Source: an uncultured Phycisphaerales bacterium (GTDB lineage Bacteria; Planctomycetota; Phycisphaerae; Phycisphaerales; SM1A02). From it: a stretch of DNA of 45,375 bases. A program made the position numbers and the translations under genes. Under the pieces are notes generated by a model. The model was not told the origin of the DNA and made no database searches. It was given only the letters and a program-made list of their open reading frames with translations. Each line of letters begins with the position of its first letter. Position 1 is the stretch's first letter. The stretch is from the NCBI GenBank assembly GCA_938084645.1, contig CALKEP010000037.1:1-45375 (forward strand). The letters run 5' to 3'. Below, piece by piece: positions 27,805 to 40,482 of this stretch.

Positions 27805-29523
27805 TCAGAGTTCCGGGTGTCGGTCCACGACGTCGAAACGTCGTTCGAGTTCGCGTCCGAGTCGGAGAAGGGTGCCTTCGTCGAAGAGACGTCCGATGAG
27901 CGTGAGACCGTGCGGCCTTCCGTCGTCGAACGAGATCGGTTGGACGAGCGTCGGATGCCCGGTGGCGTTGGTGATCAGCAGCAGGTTCGCGGCGAAGGCG
28001 GGTGTGGCCAGCGCGTCCACGCGATCCATGACGTCCGCCATCATGTCCATCGCCTGACGGCGAACGCGATCCGCCTGCACCGCCTCCACGGCGGGTATGA
28101 ACCACGCCTTGCGGAAACTGTTGGGCCAGGCCTGCGGCGCCTGCCACTTCAAGGTGTCGTCTTCGTTCGAGCGGGTGAGCGATTCGAACGCGGCGGCCGC
28201 TTCCGCGTACAGGGTGAGCAGCAGGGCGTCGTAGGGAAGATCGGGAAGTTCGACCTCGACGAGCTCGCATCCCGCGTCGCGGAGATGGTCGACCGCGAGT
28301 CGATCGGCGGGATTCGCCCTCTCGAACCACGACGGGTTCCATCCGATCCGGAGTCCCGACACGCCTTCGGCGGGATCGTGGGCGAAGGGGACACCGACGC
28401 TGGAGGCGTCGCGTGGGTCGAAGCCGTTGATCGCGTCGAGGACGAGTCCGGTGTCGTTCACGCTCCGGCAGATGGGACCGATCTTGTCGAGCGACCAGCA
28501 GAGGCTCATCGCACCGGCTCGCGACACGCGTCCGAACGTGGGCCGGAGTCCGGTGGCGCCGCATCGCATCGAGGGTGACACGATCGAGCCGAGGGTCTCG
28601 GTTCCCAGGGCGAACGCCATCAGCCCGCCCACGGTTCCGCTCGCGCTGCCGGCGCTGGAACCGCTGGAGCCCTGTTCGAGGTTCCAGGGGTTGTTGGTGC
28701 GACCACCGAACCAGATGTCGCCGTAGGCGAGCGCGCCGACCGCGGTCTTGCCGAGCATCACGGCGCCCGCCGCGTCGAGCTTCTCGATCACCGTCGCGGT
28801 CGTGGTGCCGACCCGGTCCTTGAACGGCGTGGCGCCCCAGGTCGCCGGGATTCCCTCGACGTCGATGATGTCCTTCGCACCGTAGGGGACTCCCTGCAGC
28901 GGTCCGTGGTCGATCCCCGCCCGGCGATCCGCATCGGCCCGCCTCGCCTGCTCGAGGGCCCGCTCGGCGGTGACCGTGATCATGCACTCGAGCTTCGGAT
29001 CGAGTCGCTCGATCCGGTCGAGGTAGATCCGGGTGAGTCGTTCACTGGTGAGGTCGCCGCGCCGCATCCAGCCGGCCAGTCGTTCGACGGTCGCGAAGGC
29101 GATCGCCTCGTCTTCGGCGGGAAGCGGACCGGGCGCCATGGGAAGTCGATCGGGATCGCCGGTCGACGTCGCGAGATCGAGGGCGCGCCCGGGCGGAAGG
29201 GCCCGGAAGACCAGCGCGGGTGCGAGTTCGTTCGGCATCGCCCCGGCGTCGACCCTGGTCGCGAAGAGGTCGATCTGCGCCGCGACGGTCGCCGCGATCA
29301 TGGTGCGTTCGGCCTCGGTGAACTCGATGCCGGCGAGCCGTTCGGCCGCCGCGATGATGGCGGGCGTGATCTCCGCGTCGGCGGGCGTGTCGCGATCTGG
29401 AATGGAATCCGCTTCGGATGACATGGGTGTGGCGTCTCCAGTGACGGCACCCGCGAGTGGCAGGGCCGCGAGTCCCGCGGTGGACATGAGAAGACGGCGG
29501 CGATCCGGGTCGTGCGTGCTCAT
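27805..29523 (-). CDS. Tat-exported amidase (amidase signature family)
   Basis: DRRRLL twin-arginine leader; GPLQGVPYGAKD, GSSGSSAGS and GTETLGSIVSP motifs. Confidence 0.93.
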   Translation of the reverse strand: MSTHDPDRRRLLMSTAGLAALPLAGAVTGDATPMSSEADSIPDRDTPADAEITPAIIAAAERLAGIEFTEAERTMIAATVAAQIDLFATRVDAGAMPNELAPALVFRALPPGRALDLATSTGDPDRLPMAPGPLPAEDEAIAFATVERLAGWMRRGDLTSERLTRIYLDRIERLDPKLECMITVTAERALEQARRADADRRAGIDHGPLQGVPYGAKDIIDVEGIPATWGATPFKDRVGTTTATVIEKLDAAGAVMLGKTAVGALAYGDIWFGGRTNNPWNLEQGSSGSSAGSASGTVGGLMAFALGTETLGSIVSPSMRCGATGLRPTFGRVSRAGAMSLCWSLDKIGPICRSVNDTGLVLDAINGFDPRDASSVGVPFAHDPAEGVSGLRIGWNPSWFERANPADRLAVDHLRDAGCELVEVELPDLPYDALLLTLYAEAAAAFESLTRSNEDDTLKWQAPQAWPNSFRKAWFIPAVEAVQADRVRRQAMDMMADVMDRVDALATPAFAANLLLITNATGHPTLVQPISFDDGRPHGLTLIGRLFDEGTLLRLGRELERRFDVVDRHPEL

Positions 29524-29738
29524 GCACGCAGACTACCTCGTCCGGTGGAAACGGCCTGGAGACGGCACTCGCGGTCTAGGTCCTGTGTGACGGACCGGCG
29601 TCAGACCCGAGAGGTTCGGAGGCGGCCTCCAGCGAGGAGGTCGAAGCACGCGATTCCCCGGAGAATCGTCGATGCAGCCCGACGACGCGGGTGGTCGTCT
29701 CCGGGCCTCGAAGTCCCGATCGATCCGTCAAACAGGAC

Positions 29739-29954
29739 CTAGAGAGGCGTCTTGAATCCCATGGCGCGAACCGCGCACCACCCACTCCAGCCTTCGAAGG
29801 TCATGAACGCGCCGCTGCCGAGCAGGGCGATGCCGACGAAGAGCATCGGTCCTTCGATTCCTCCGATCACGAGCACCAGCACGCCGGCGAGCAGGCAGGT
29901 GAGACCGGAAAGCAGGCGGACGGCCTTTCCCTTGGCATCGATGTTGCATTTCAT
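29739..29954 (-). CDS. Small two-TM membrane protein (DUF2892/YgaP-like)
   Basis: CNID.KG..VRL, two hydrophobic helices, GWCAVRAMGFKTP. Confidence 0.75.
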   Translation of the reverse strand: MKCNIDAKGKAVRLLSGLTCLLAGVLVLVIGGIEGPMLFVGIALLGSGAFMTFEGWSGWCAVRAMGFKTPL

Positions 29955-29963
29955 GACCGAAGC

Positions 29964-30800
29964 CTACCCGTTGGCGTCGCGGTGGTCCCGGGCGAAGGTC
30001 CGGAGGGCCTCGAGATCCTCGACGCCTTTCGGATACTTCGGGTCGATCTTCTCGAGGGTCGCGAGGATCAACTGCGAAACGATGGCGTTCCGAACCCACT
30101 TCCGGTCCGCGGGAACCACGTACCAGGGTGCCTGCTTCGTCGAACAGCGTTCCAGCATGTCCTCGTAGGCGTCCCGGTATTCAGGCCAGTCGGCGCGGGC
30201 GGTGAAGTCCGACGGGCTCAGCTTCCAGTTCTTCCGCGGATCGTCGATTCGAGCGCTCAGGCGTTCGAACTGCTCCTCGCGGGAGATGTGAAGGAAGCAC
30301 TTGACCACCGACGTCCCCTCGTCGTGCAGCATCCGTTCGAAGTCGTTGATGTGGTCGTAGCGACGCTTCCACACCGACTTCTCGACGAGCTTCGCGACCC
30401 GGGCCACCAGGACGTCCTCGTAGTGGGACCGATTGAAGATTCCGATTCGTCCTCGACGGGGCGTGCGGGCGTGGGCTCGCCAGAGGTAGTCCTGCGCGAT
30501 CTCGTGCGGACCGGGCACGCCGAACTGGTGGATCTCGAAGGCGGCGGGATTCACGCCGGTGAAGACCTTCCGGATCGTGCCGTCCTTGCCCGAGGTGTCC
30601 ATGCCCTGGAGCACCAGCAGGACGGATCGACGGCCTTCCGCCCAGAGGCGACCCTGCAGTTCGTCGATCCGTTCGACGTTCGCGGCGAGCAGGGCCTCGC
30701 CGTCCGCCTTCGCCTCGAGCCCCGCGTCCTGGCGGGCGGGGATCTTCGAGAGCGCTGGTCGGTTCCCGGGCTTCACCCGGTACTGGTCGAGATCGATCAT
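29964..30800 (-). CDS. ppk2: Polyphosphate kinase 2 family protein
   Basis: QGMDTSGKDG Walker A, FNRSHYEDV, KNWK and APWYVVPADRKW motifs. Confidence 0.93.
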   Translation of the reverse strand: MIDLDQYRVKPGNRPALSKIPARQDAGLEAKADGEALLAANVERIDELQGRLWAEGRRSVLLVLQGMDTSGKDGTIRKVFTGVNPAAFEIHQFGVPGPHEIAQDYLWRAHARTPRRGRIGIFNRSHYEDVLVARVAKLVEKSVWKRRYDHINDFERMLHDEGTSVVKCFLHISREEQFERLSARIDDPRKNWKLSPSDFTARADWPEYRDAYEDMLERCSTKQAPWYVVPADRKWVRNAIVSQLILATLEKIDPKYPKGVEDLEALRTFARDHRDANG

Positions 30801-30837
30801 TCGAGCGGCTCCGTCGACGGGGATGCGCGATCGCGAA

Positions 30838-32250
<1,413 letters not shown>

Positions 32251-32626
32251 GGAGCGAGGTTCCGGGCGGTCGGAGAATCTGGGTTTCGGGGCCGAGGCGG
32301 CGACGAGCGGGTCGATTCGGGAAGCAGACAAGGTACGCGGAAGCGGGGGCGATTGACACGGCCCGCGGGCGACGCGTGCCAGTTTGGCAGCGATTGATCG
32401 TCATGAGGACTCGGCCGGCTCCATCTCGGTCCGGGTTCTGGCCGCGTCGTCTGGATCATCGGATGATTCGAGCGGGCGTTCTCTGGTGGAAAACCCGGGG
32501 TTTCGGCCTGATTCGACGGTCTCGAGAAGTCTTCGAGCGTCGGGGGCCGGGATCGACCGGGCCCGCCCGTCTCGGATCAGCCGGTGTCGAGGTTCGGCAC
32601 GCGGGTTGTTCCACTCCTTCCCAGTG

Positions 32627-33109
32627 ATGTCCGAGATGAACCCTCCAACCTCGTCCGGGACCGATTCGGCGGCTCGCCGCCGGCTCAACCTGCTTTTTTC
32701 CGCCACCTGGCGGGAAGGCGGCCCCACGGCGGAGTTGCCCCGCCTCCTCGACCCCCTCGGCGTTCGCTGCCTCGAGGCTCGAAGCGGCCGGGAGGCGGCC
32801 CGGCTGGTCGAGCAGGAGGAGATCCACATCGCCCTGATCGACCTCGAACTCCCGATGGAGGCCGACGGCGACCGTCGGGCCGCGGGCGAGAAGGTCCTGC
32901 AGATTCTTCGTCGGGTCGAACCCGCTCCGCCCGTGGTGCTGGTGCGTCCGCCCCAGCCGAGCCGGCGAGAGAGCGTCCGTGGACTCAGTGACGCGCTTCG
33001 CGACGGTGTGTTCGCGGTGCTCGATCGACCCCTGGGCATCGAGCCGATGCTCGAGACCCTCCGCCGGGTGGTCCGGCGGCACTATTCGGATCAATGGCCG
33101 GCCGCGTGA
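32627..33109 (+). CDS. Atypical single-domain response regulator receiver
   Basis: ARSGREA, IALIDLELP, G..VL..LRR, PVVLV and GVFAVLDRP follow the CheY-like pattern. Confidence 0.78.
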   Translation: MSEMNPPTSSGTDSAARRRLNLLFSATWREGGPTAELPRLLDPLGVRCLEARSGREAARLVEQEEIHIALIDLELPMEADGDRRAAGEKVLQILRRVEPAPPVVLVRPPQPSRRESVRGLSDALRDGVFAVLDRPLGIEPMLETLRRVVRRHYSDQWPAA

Positions 33110-33208
33110 TCGAGAGACGCCCATCCGGGCGCATCATGCGAACGGCGAGAACCCCGGCGTCGGACCGGGATATTCCCTTCCTGTTTCAATCTTCGGAGTC
33201 AAGTAACC

Positions 33209-33499
33209 ATGAACGTGCGACCGCTCGGCGACAAGCTCATCGTCCGGCGTGAGGAGGCCGCGACCCGGACCGAGTCCGGCATCTTCCTCCCCGAATCCGC
33301 CAAGGACAAGCCCAAGACCGGCAAGGTCATCGCGCTTGGCAGCGGCAACCTGAACAAGGACACCGGCGAATACCTTCCCTTCACCGTGAAGAAGGGTGAC
33401 GCCGTCATCTTCAGTTCATACGCCGGAACCGAGATCAAGATCGAGGGCGACGAGTACCTCATCATGACCGAGGACGACATCCTCGGTGTCATCGACTGA
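33209..33499 (+). CDS. groES: Co-chaperonin GroES
   Basis: RPLGDKLIV, TESGIFLPESAKDKP, YAGTEIK and EDDILGV motifs. Confidence 0.98.
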   Translation: MNVRPLGDKLIVRREEAATRTESGIFLPESAKDKPKTGKVIALGSGNLNKDTGEYLPFTVKKGDAVIFSSYAGTEIKIEGDEYLIMTEDDILGVID

Positions 33500-33542
33500 C
33501 CCAGAAAGACGGTGCGGGACGGTCCCGCGAGGAGTGGAATCC

Positions 33543-33743
33543 GTGAAAGCCGATCAGCTTCGAAAAGCATTCAGCGACCTCAACGGCCGCGACCTTCGAA
33601 TCGAATTCGAGGGTGCCGAGACCCTGGTGGTCCGGAATGCGATGCTGATCCCCGAGGAGCAGGACGACCTGCTCAAGGTGACCGATGGATCGCACGAGTA
33701 CATCATCGAGTGCGATCGGGTCGCCTGGATCGAGATCGGCTGA
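33543..33743 (+). CDS. 66-aa hypothetical protein between groES and groEL
   Basis: SD gaggag followed by GTG; coding-like codon usage; amphipathic beta-strand pattern. Confidence 0.75.
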   Translation: MKADQLRKAFSDLNGRDLRIEFEGAETLVVRNAMLIPEEQDDLLKVTDGSHEYIIECDRVAWIEIG

Positions 33744-33809
33744 CGAATTCGAGTGAGAACCCCCCCGCCGTCGGCGTCGCCGAGGCGGATTCGAATGCAA
33801 GGAACAACC

Positions 33810-35444
<1,635 letters not shown>

Positions 35445-35484
35445 TCCGGTCGTCGACCCGCCACGTCGCGGGAACGTCGTTCAC

Positions 35485-35523
35485 GAAACGCCCGGGCGAG
35501 CCAATCGCCCGGGCGTTTCTCTT
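35485..35523 (+). terminator. Intrinsic terminator after groEL
   Basis: gaaacgcccgggcga-gccaa-tcgcccgggcgtttc followed by tctt. Confidence 0.85.
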
Positions 35524-35540
35524 CACTCTGGAGCAGTTGC

Positions 35541-35912
35541 ATGCCTCTGGGAAGTGGTGGAGCGGGTGGTCTCGGTGCGATCGGCATGTTCATCATGCCG
35601 ATCTCGATCGCGGTGATGCTGCTGAAGCAGCCGCCCGGCCCGGTCTCGAAGCTGATCAAGGCCAGGGCCGTCGACCCCGAGACGGCGCGACGGGCCGAAC
35701 GACTGGAGATCCCCCGGCCTTTCGTGCTCGAGCCATTCATGGCAAGGGGCATCGTGCACCGCACGCCGGACGGCCGGTACTGGGTCGATGTGGAACGGAA
35801 CCGCCGGTATCGTCGCCGGCTCGCGATCGTCGCGGGCCTGGTGATGCTCGCGATCCTCGTCTCGGGCTGGCTGCTCTGGCCGTTCCTGGTTCCACCACCG
35901 AAGGAGATCTGA
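35541..35912 (+). CDS. Small membrane protein
   Basis: SD ggag; N- and C-terminal hydrophobic helices around a soluble RGIVHRTPDGRYWVD segment. Confidence 0.7.
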   Translation: MPLGSGGAGGLGAIGMFIMPISIAVMLLKQPPGPVSKLIKARAVDPETARRAERLEIPRPFVLEPFMARGIVHRTPDGRYWVDVERNRRYRRRLAIVAGLVMLAILVSGWLLWPFLVPPPKEI

Positions 35913-36226
35913 TGGCCGAGATCGGAGAACGCGTCGTCGAATGGTGGCCGTGGCTTCTCGGCTGGGTCCTGCTCTCGAGTCTGATCGCCTTCGTCGCCCA
36001 TGGACGCGACAAACGGGCGGCCCGGCTCGGTCGTCGCCGGACGCCGGAGCGAACGCTTCACCTGCTGGAACTCATCGGAGGATGGCCCGGGGCGTTGCTC
36101 GCCATGACGGTCTTCCATCACAAGACCCGCAAGGCGTCCTACTTCCTCGTCACCGCGCTGATCGTCCTGGTCTGGACGGCGGCGGGCATGCTCGTGGCCC
36201 GATCGATCCTGGCATCCGCCGGCTGA
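35912..36226 (+). CDS. DUF1294 family membrane protein
   Basis: DKRAA...RRTPERTLHLLELIGGWPGALLA..FHHKTRK; TGATG overlap; SD aggag. Confidence 0.9.
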   Translation: MAEIGERVVEWWPWLLGWVLLSSLIAFVAHGRDKRAARLGRRRTPERTLHLLELIGGWPGALLAMTVFHHKTRKASYFLVTALIVLVWTAAGMLVARSILASAG

Positions 36227-36297
36227 GCGACGTCGATCGCTCGAGGTCGGCGTCCGGGCGGGTCTTCAATTGGATGGATTCGGCGCGTCGGCCGAAG

Positions 36298-37452
36298 TCA
36301 CTTCGCGCCCATCACGTCACGGCCGACGATGCCGTCGGTGGTCAGGACGTGGAAGCTCGTGTTGACCAGCGTGTCGTAGGAGAGCTCCCCGTAGTAGCCG
36401 TTGGCGCCCCACTGGGTGTCGCGGCTCCACAGGCCGGTCTGGCACTGGCCGGCAGTCGCGCTCTGGCAATAGCCGCAGACGTCGTTGGCTTCCGCCATGA
36501 CCTGGGCCCGGGTGTCGCCCTCCATCGCATCGCTGACGCCGATCACGGCGACGTGGCCGTCGAAGAAGAGCGTGACGGGCTTCGAGTTGTAGCCCTGATT
36601 GAACATCCAGCTCGGATCCCCGTCAGTGGAAAAACTGGGGTTGGCGTCGGTCTCGGTGTTCTGGAGCCAGTGATGTTCGATCATGCGGGACTTGAGGCCC
36701 GGGAATCGACACTGGCCGACCGAGGGCGATCGAAACGCCGCCGGCATCGATCGTGGGTTCCGCCAACCGCAATGGCTGTGGACCTCGGGACTGAACATGG
36801 CGGCCCCGCTCCAGATGTAGCTGGACCAGGTGATTTCAGGATCGTTCGGATCCAGATAGAACTCATCGGGGTACTGGAAGAACGGCTCGACGGTCTCGAT
36901 CGTGAAGGTGTCCTTGGGGGCGTAGAAGACCGGGTCGTAGAAACGGGAGCCCACGTAGGCGTTGAAAGCCTTCGCGTTCGGGGTCCGGAAGCCGCCGAAC
37001 TTGTAGATCGGAACGTTGTAGGAGATCGGTTGGTAGATGGTGTGGAAGAAGATGCTCCACGCCAGCGGGTCTCCGGCAAAGGGCGGGCAGAGATCTCCGC
37101 CGCACCAGGCGGCCCACAGGTCGCCGTTCTGGTCGGTGCCCGCGACCGCCTGCGGCATGCAGGCGACGGTGCTGTTGTAGAGGACGGGGTCGGCGCCCTC
37201 GACGAGGCCGAGGTCGTCGGGAACCATCGTGTACTGACGCCCCGCCCAGTCGGCGGAGTAGCTTTCGTTGGCGATCCCGAGGTTGCGGAGATTGGCGGAG
37301 GACTGGGTGACTCGGGCGGCGTCCCGGGCCTTGCCGATGGCGGGAAGGAGGATCGCGATGAGCAGAGCGATGATGGAGATCACCACGAGGAGCTCGACGA
37401 TCGTGAAGCCACGGGCGTTTCCGGAGTGTCGGGTCCTCAATGAAGCAGACAT
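36298..37452 (-). CDS. Prepilin-type N-terminal cleavage/methylation protein (DUF1559-like), paralogue A
   Basis: [24 protein letters not shown] class III signal; LFFDGHV motif. Confidence 0.92.
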   Translation of the reverse strand: MSASLRTRHSGNARGFTIVELLVVISIIALLIAILLPAIGKARDAARVTQSSANLRNLGIANESYSADWAGRQYTMVPDDLGLVEGADPVLYNSTVACMPQAVAGTDQNGDLWAAWCGGDLCPPFAGDPLAWSIFFHTIYQPISYNVPIYKFGGFRTPNAKAFNAYVGSRFYDPVFYAPKDTFTIETVEPFFQYPDEFYLDPNDPEITWSSYIWSGAAMFSPEVHSHCGWRNPRSMPAAFRSPSVGQCRFPGLKSRMIEHHWLQNTETDANPSFSTDGDPSWMFNQGYNSKPVTLFFDGHVAVIGVSDAMEGDTRAQVMAEANDVCGYCQSATAGQCQTGLWSRDTQWGANGYYGELSYDTLVNTSFHVLTTDGIVGRDVMGAK

Positions 37453-37632
37453 CGTGATCGATCCCCTTGGCGTTCAAGCGTGTCAGCGAACGGAACGAAA
37501 GACCCCGGAACGACTTGTAGGGTAGCCCGCCTCGAATCGGAAAGCACGGATTGCGGGTGGCGATCGGCGTCGGCGACGGCCTCGACTGCGTGGGAAGCGG
37601 GTGTTCTGGTCTCAGAACGGGCTTCGAACGTC

Positions 37633-37671
37633 AAAAAAGGACAGGGCCGGCTTCCGAAGAAGCCGGCCCTG
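37633..37671 (-). terminator. Intrinsic terminator between the two prepilin genes
   Basis: Minus strand cagggccggcttc-ttcg-gaagccggccctg-tcc-tttttt (13-bp stem, UUCG loop). Confidence 0.9.
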
Positions 37672-37751
37672 CTCGTTTCTTGCGGACCCCGGATGAGTCC
37701 ACGATTCGACCTGCGAATCCAACCGGCCGAACCGGTTCCGGGGTCATGCGA

Positions 37752-38897
37752 TCACTTGGCGCCGAAGTAGTCACGACCGGCGGCACCGTCGGTCGTCAGG
37801 ATGACGGCACTGGTGTCGACGAGGGTGTCGTAGCTGAGATTGCCGTAGTAACCATTGGCACCCTTGGGGGTGTCGCGGCTCCACAGGCCGGTCTGGCACG
37901 CGCCGGAACCGCTCGGGCACTGGCTGCAGATGTCGTTGTTCTCAGCCTGGACCTGGGCCCGGGTATCACCTTCCATGAAGTCACTGGTGCCGATGACGGC
38001 GACGTGACCATCGAAGAAGAGGGTGACGGGCTTCGAGTTGTAGCCGTGGTTGAACATCCAGCTGGGGTCGGAACCACCGAAGCTGGGGTTCGCATCGGTC
38101 TCCGTGTTCTGGAGCCAGTGATGCTCGATCATCCGGACCTTCTGGCCGGGGAATCGAACCTGACCGACGGCCGGGCTGCGCCACGCACCGGGAAGGTTGC
38201 TTCCGTAGGGGCTCTTGTAGCCGCAGTGGCTCATGACCTCGGAGGAGAACATCGCGGCGGGGCTCCAGATGTAGCTGGAGTAGGCGATGACCTGCGCCGA
38301 GGAGTTGTCGGGGCTGTAGGGGTTGAATTCATCGGGGTAGTTGAAGAACGGTTCCGCGACACGCAGCGGGTAGGTGTCCTTCGGGGCCCAGAACACCGGG
38401 TCGTACCAGCGGTCGCCCACGTAGGCGTTGAAGGCCTTGGTGGTCGGCACGCGGAACGAACCGAAGTTGCCGCCGTTCAGCCCGAAGGGCTGGAAGACGT
38501 AGTAGAAGCAACCGTTCCAGTAGCCGGGGTCGCCGGGGTAGCCGTTGCAGAGGTTGCCGGCACACCACCAGCCCCAGAGGGCGCCGTTGTAGTCGTAGCC
38601 GACCAGCTGCTGGGGCATGCAGGCGATCTGGTTGTTGTAGTCGACGGGACCGAGGCCTTCGGAGAACGCCAGGCCCATGTCGTCGGGGACGGCGGTGAAC
38701 TGCCGGTCCGCCCAGTCGGAACTGTAGGTGTCGTTCGCAACAGCGAGGTTTCGGAGGTTGGCGGAGGACTGCGTGACGCGAGCTGCATCACGAGCCTTGC
38801 CGATCGCCGGAAGAAGGATGGCGATGAGCAGGGCGATGATCGAGATCACCACCAGCAGCTCGACAATGGTGAAGCCTGAGCGATTCTTGTGCTTCAT
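37752..38897 (-). CDS. Prepilin-type N-terminal cleavage/methylation protein (DUF1559-like), paralogue B
   Basis: Same class III signal and LFFDGHV motif; collinear with paralogue A; SD ggag. Confidence 0.92.
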   Translation of the reverse strand: MKHKNRSGFTIVELLVVISIIALLIAILLPAIGKARDAARVTQSSANLRNLAVANDTYSSDWADRQFTAVPDDMGLAFSEGLGPVDYNNQIACMPQQLVGYDYNGALWGWWCAGNLCNGYPGDPGYWNGCFYYVFQPFGLNGGNFGSFRVPTTKAFNAYVGDRWYDPVFWAPKDTYPLRVAEPFFNYPDEFNPYSPDNSSAQVIAYSSYIWSPAAMFSSEVMSHCGYKSPYGSNLPGAWRSPAVGQVRFPGQKVRMIEHHWLQNTETDANPSFGGSDPSWMFNHGYNSKPVTLFFDGHVAVIGTSDFMEGDTRAQVQAENNDICSQCPSGSGACQTGLWSRDTPKGANGYYGNLSYDTLVDTSAVILTTDGAAGRDYFGAK

Positions 38898-39381
38898 TCG
38901 TTGGACTCCGTTTCTGGTCTACACGGTTGCACGCCGGCGACCCGCCGTTGACATGAGTGGATTCGAGGGCTGATCTCCGGACAGGAGAAATGTGTGCAAG
39001 GTCCGAAGTCGAAACGCCCTAAGGACTGGACGATACCTGATTACGGGTGGATCTCAACCATCGATCCACCATCTACCCCTCGATGTGGGGAGTATGGGGA
39101 CGAGATCTCGACCCACGCCTGAGGCGGGTTGTCTCGGACCTTTGTCCGATAAATGAATCGAATCGGTCACCAACTGGCAGTTACGATCCGAATGCCATTT
39201 CGCAGCCGTAAACGGCGGCAAGGGGACCCAGGAGAGATGAAGGGTGGGGTCCCGACCTCATCAGTTCGCCCCTGCGGTATCCCCGGTTCCGCGAATTCTC
39301 GATTTCTTCGGTTCAGCCTCGCCAGAAGCCGCCGAGGAACGGTTCGCCGTCGGCGTTCTCCGCTCCGGTATCGTCCCGTCG

Positions 39382-40482
39382 ATGGCACTTCCTCCCCCCG
39401 ATCAACACCGTGATTCCGCCGTGCTGGTGGGTACCTGGTCCTTTTCGCTGGCGGCGATCGAGGCGGGTTGGCGACGACTGGGCGGCGAAACCCGTCCTGG
39501 AGCGGGGGATCCTGTTTCGGGTGAACATCGGCTTCTCGACGCGATCGAGGCCGCGTGCCGTCATGCCGATCTCGATCCTGAGGTCGACAGCGTTGGATTC
39601 GGTGGCCTGCCGGATGCGAGCGGTCGGATGAGCCTCGATGGCGCGATCATGAGTTCACCGCTCAGGTTCGGCGGCGTGTGCGGTCTTCGGCGCCATCTGC
39701 ATCCGGTGACGGTGGCTCGACTCGTGATGGAGCGGACCGAGCATCGACTGCTGTGCGGGGAGGATGCCGACGACTTCGCGGACGCCCACGGACTCGAATC
39801 CGTGGAACTCCAGTCCGCGGAAGCGCGAGCAGCCTTCCTTGCCTGGCGGGAACGCCGTGTGGACGGAGTCGCCGACGACCCCGGCCTCCGTCCCGTCGAT
39901 CCGGGGCTCGACGGACCGGATCGTGGCCGCCTCTTTCGGCCTGGCGATCCCCCGGCCGGCGCTGCGCCGTTCGGACATGACACCATCGGCGTGCTGGGCC
40001 GATCCGCCGACGGGACGCTGGCGGCGGGTTGCTCGACGAGCGGGCTCCCGTTCAAGGTGCCGGGCCGGGTCGGCGATTCCCCGATCGCCGGACACGGGCT
40101 CTTCGTGGAGCCGGGCGTCGGCCTCGCCACCGCGACGGGTACCGGCGAGCTGATCTCCGGCATCTCCGCGAGTTTTCTCGCCGTCGAGACGCTTCGACGC
40201 GGGGGGTCCGTCCTCGATGCGGCTCGGGAGGTCGTCCGCCGAACCGAGGCGATGGGGGATCTTCGCGAGCACCATCAGGTCGCGGTGATCGTGATGGATG
40301 CCGACGGGCGGATCGCGTCAGCCGCATTGCGACCGGGCTTCGTGATCGCGATCCGAGATGCGGATGGCGGTAGGGTGTCCGGGCCCGACGTCGTGCAACG
40401 CCCCGATGACGCCGGATTGCCGGAATCCGCCAGAGCGGGATTCGCGAAGACCGTTCCTTCACCACCGCAGGAAGAATCATGA
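39382..40482 (+). CDS. Asparaginase type 2 / glycosylasparaginase-like Ntn-hydrolase
   Basis: SVGFGGLPD, LDGAIM, HDTIG (catalytic Thr), STSG..FKVPGRVGDSP and ATGTGE motifs. Confidence 0.92.
   Translation: MALPPPDQHRDSAVLVGTWSFSLAAIEAGWRRLGGETRPGAGDPVSGEHRLLDAIEAACRHADLDPEVDSVGFGGLPDASGRMSLDGAIMSSPLRFGGVCGLRRHLHPVTVARLVMERTEHRLLCGEDADDFADAHGLESVELQSAEARAAFLAWRERRVDGVADDPGLRPVDPGLDGPDRGRLFRPGDPPAGAAPFGHDTIGVLGRSADGTLAAGCSTSGLPFKVPGRVGDSPIAGHGLFVEPGVGLATATGTGELISGISASFLAVETLRRGGSVLDAAREVVRRTEAMGDLREHHQVAVIVMDADGRIASAALRPGFVIAIRDADGGRVSGPDVVQRPDDAGLPESARAGFAKTVPSPPQEES

Noticed and set aside
32385..32400. Sigma54 promoter (TGGCA...)
   Set aside because: No GC at the -12 position with the required spacing
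36298..38897. Diversity-generating retroelement or shufflon acting on the prepilin pair
   Set aside because: No reverse transcriptase or recombinase; differences include indels and are spread throughout rather than adenine-specific
39170..39275. Hammerhead ribozyme-like words on the minus strand (CTGATGAG ... CGAAA followed by a TGGCA/TGCCA stem)
   Set aside because: Stem II does not close properly next to the core, stem III needs a bulge and no stem I pairing is available; probably chance. An Infernal scan would settle it.
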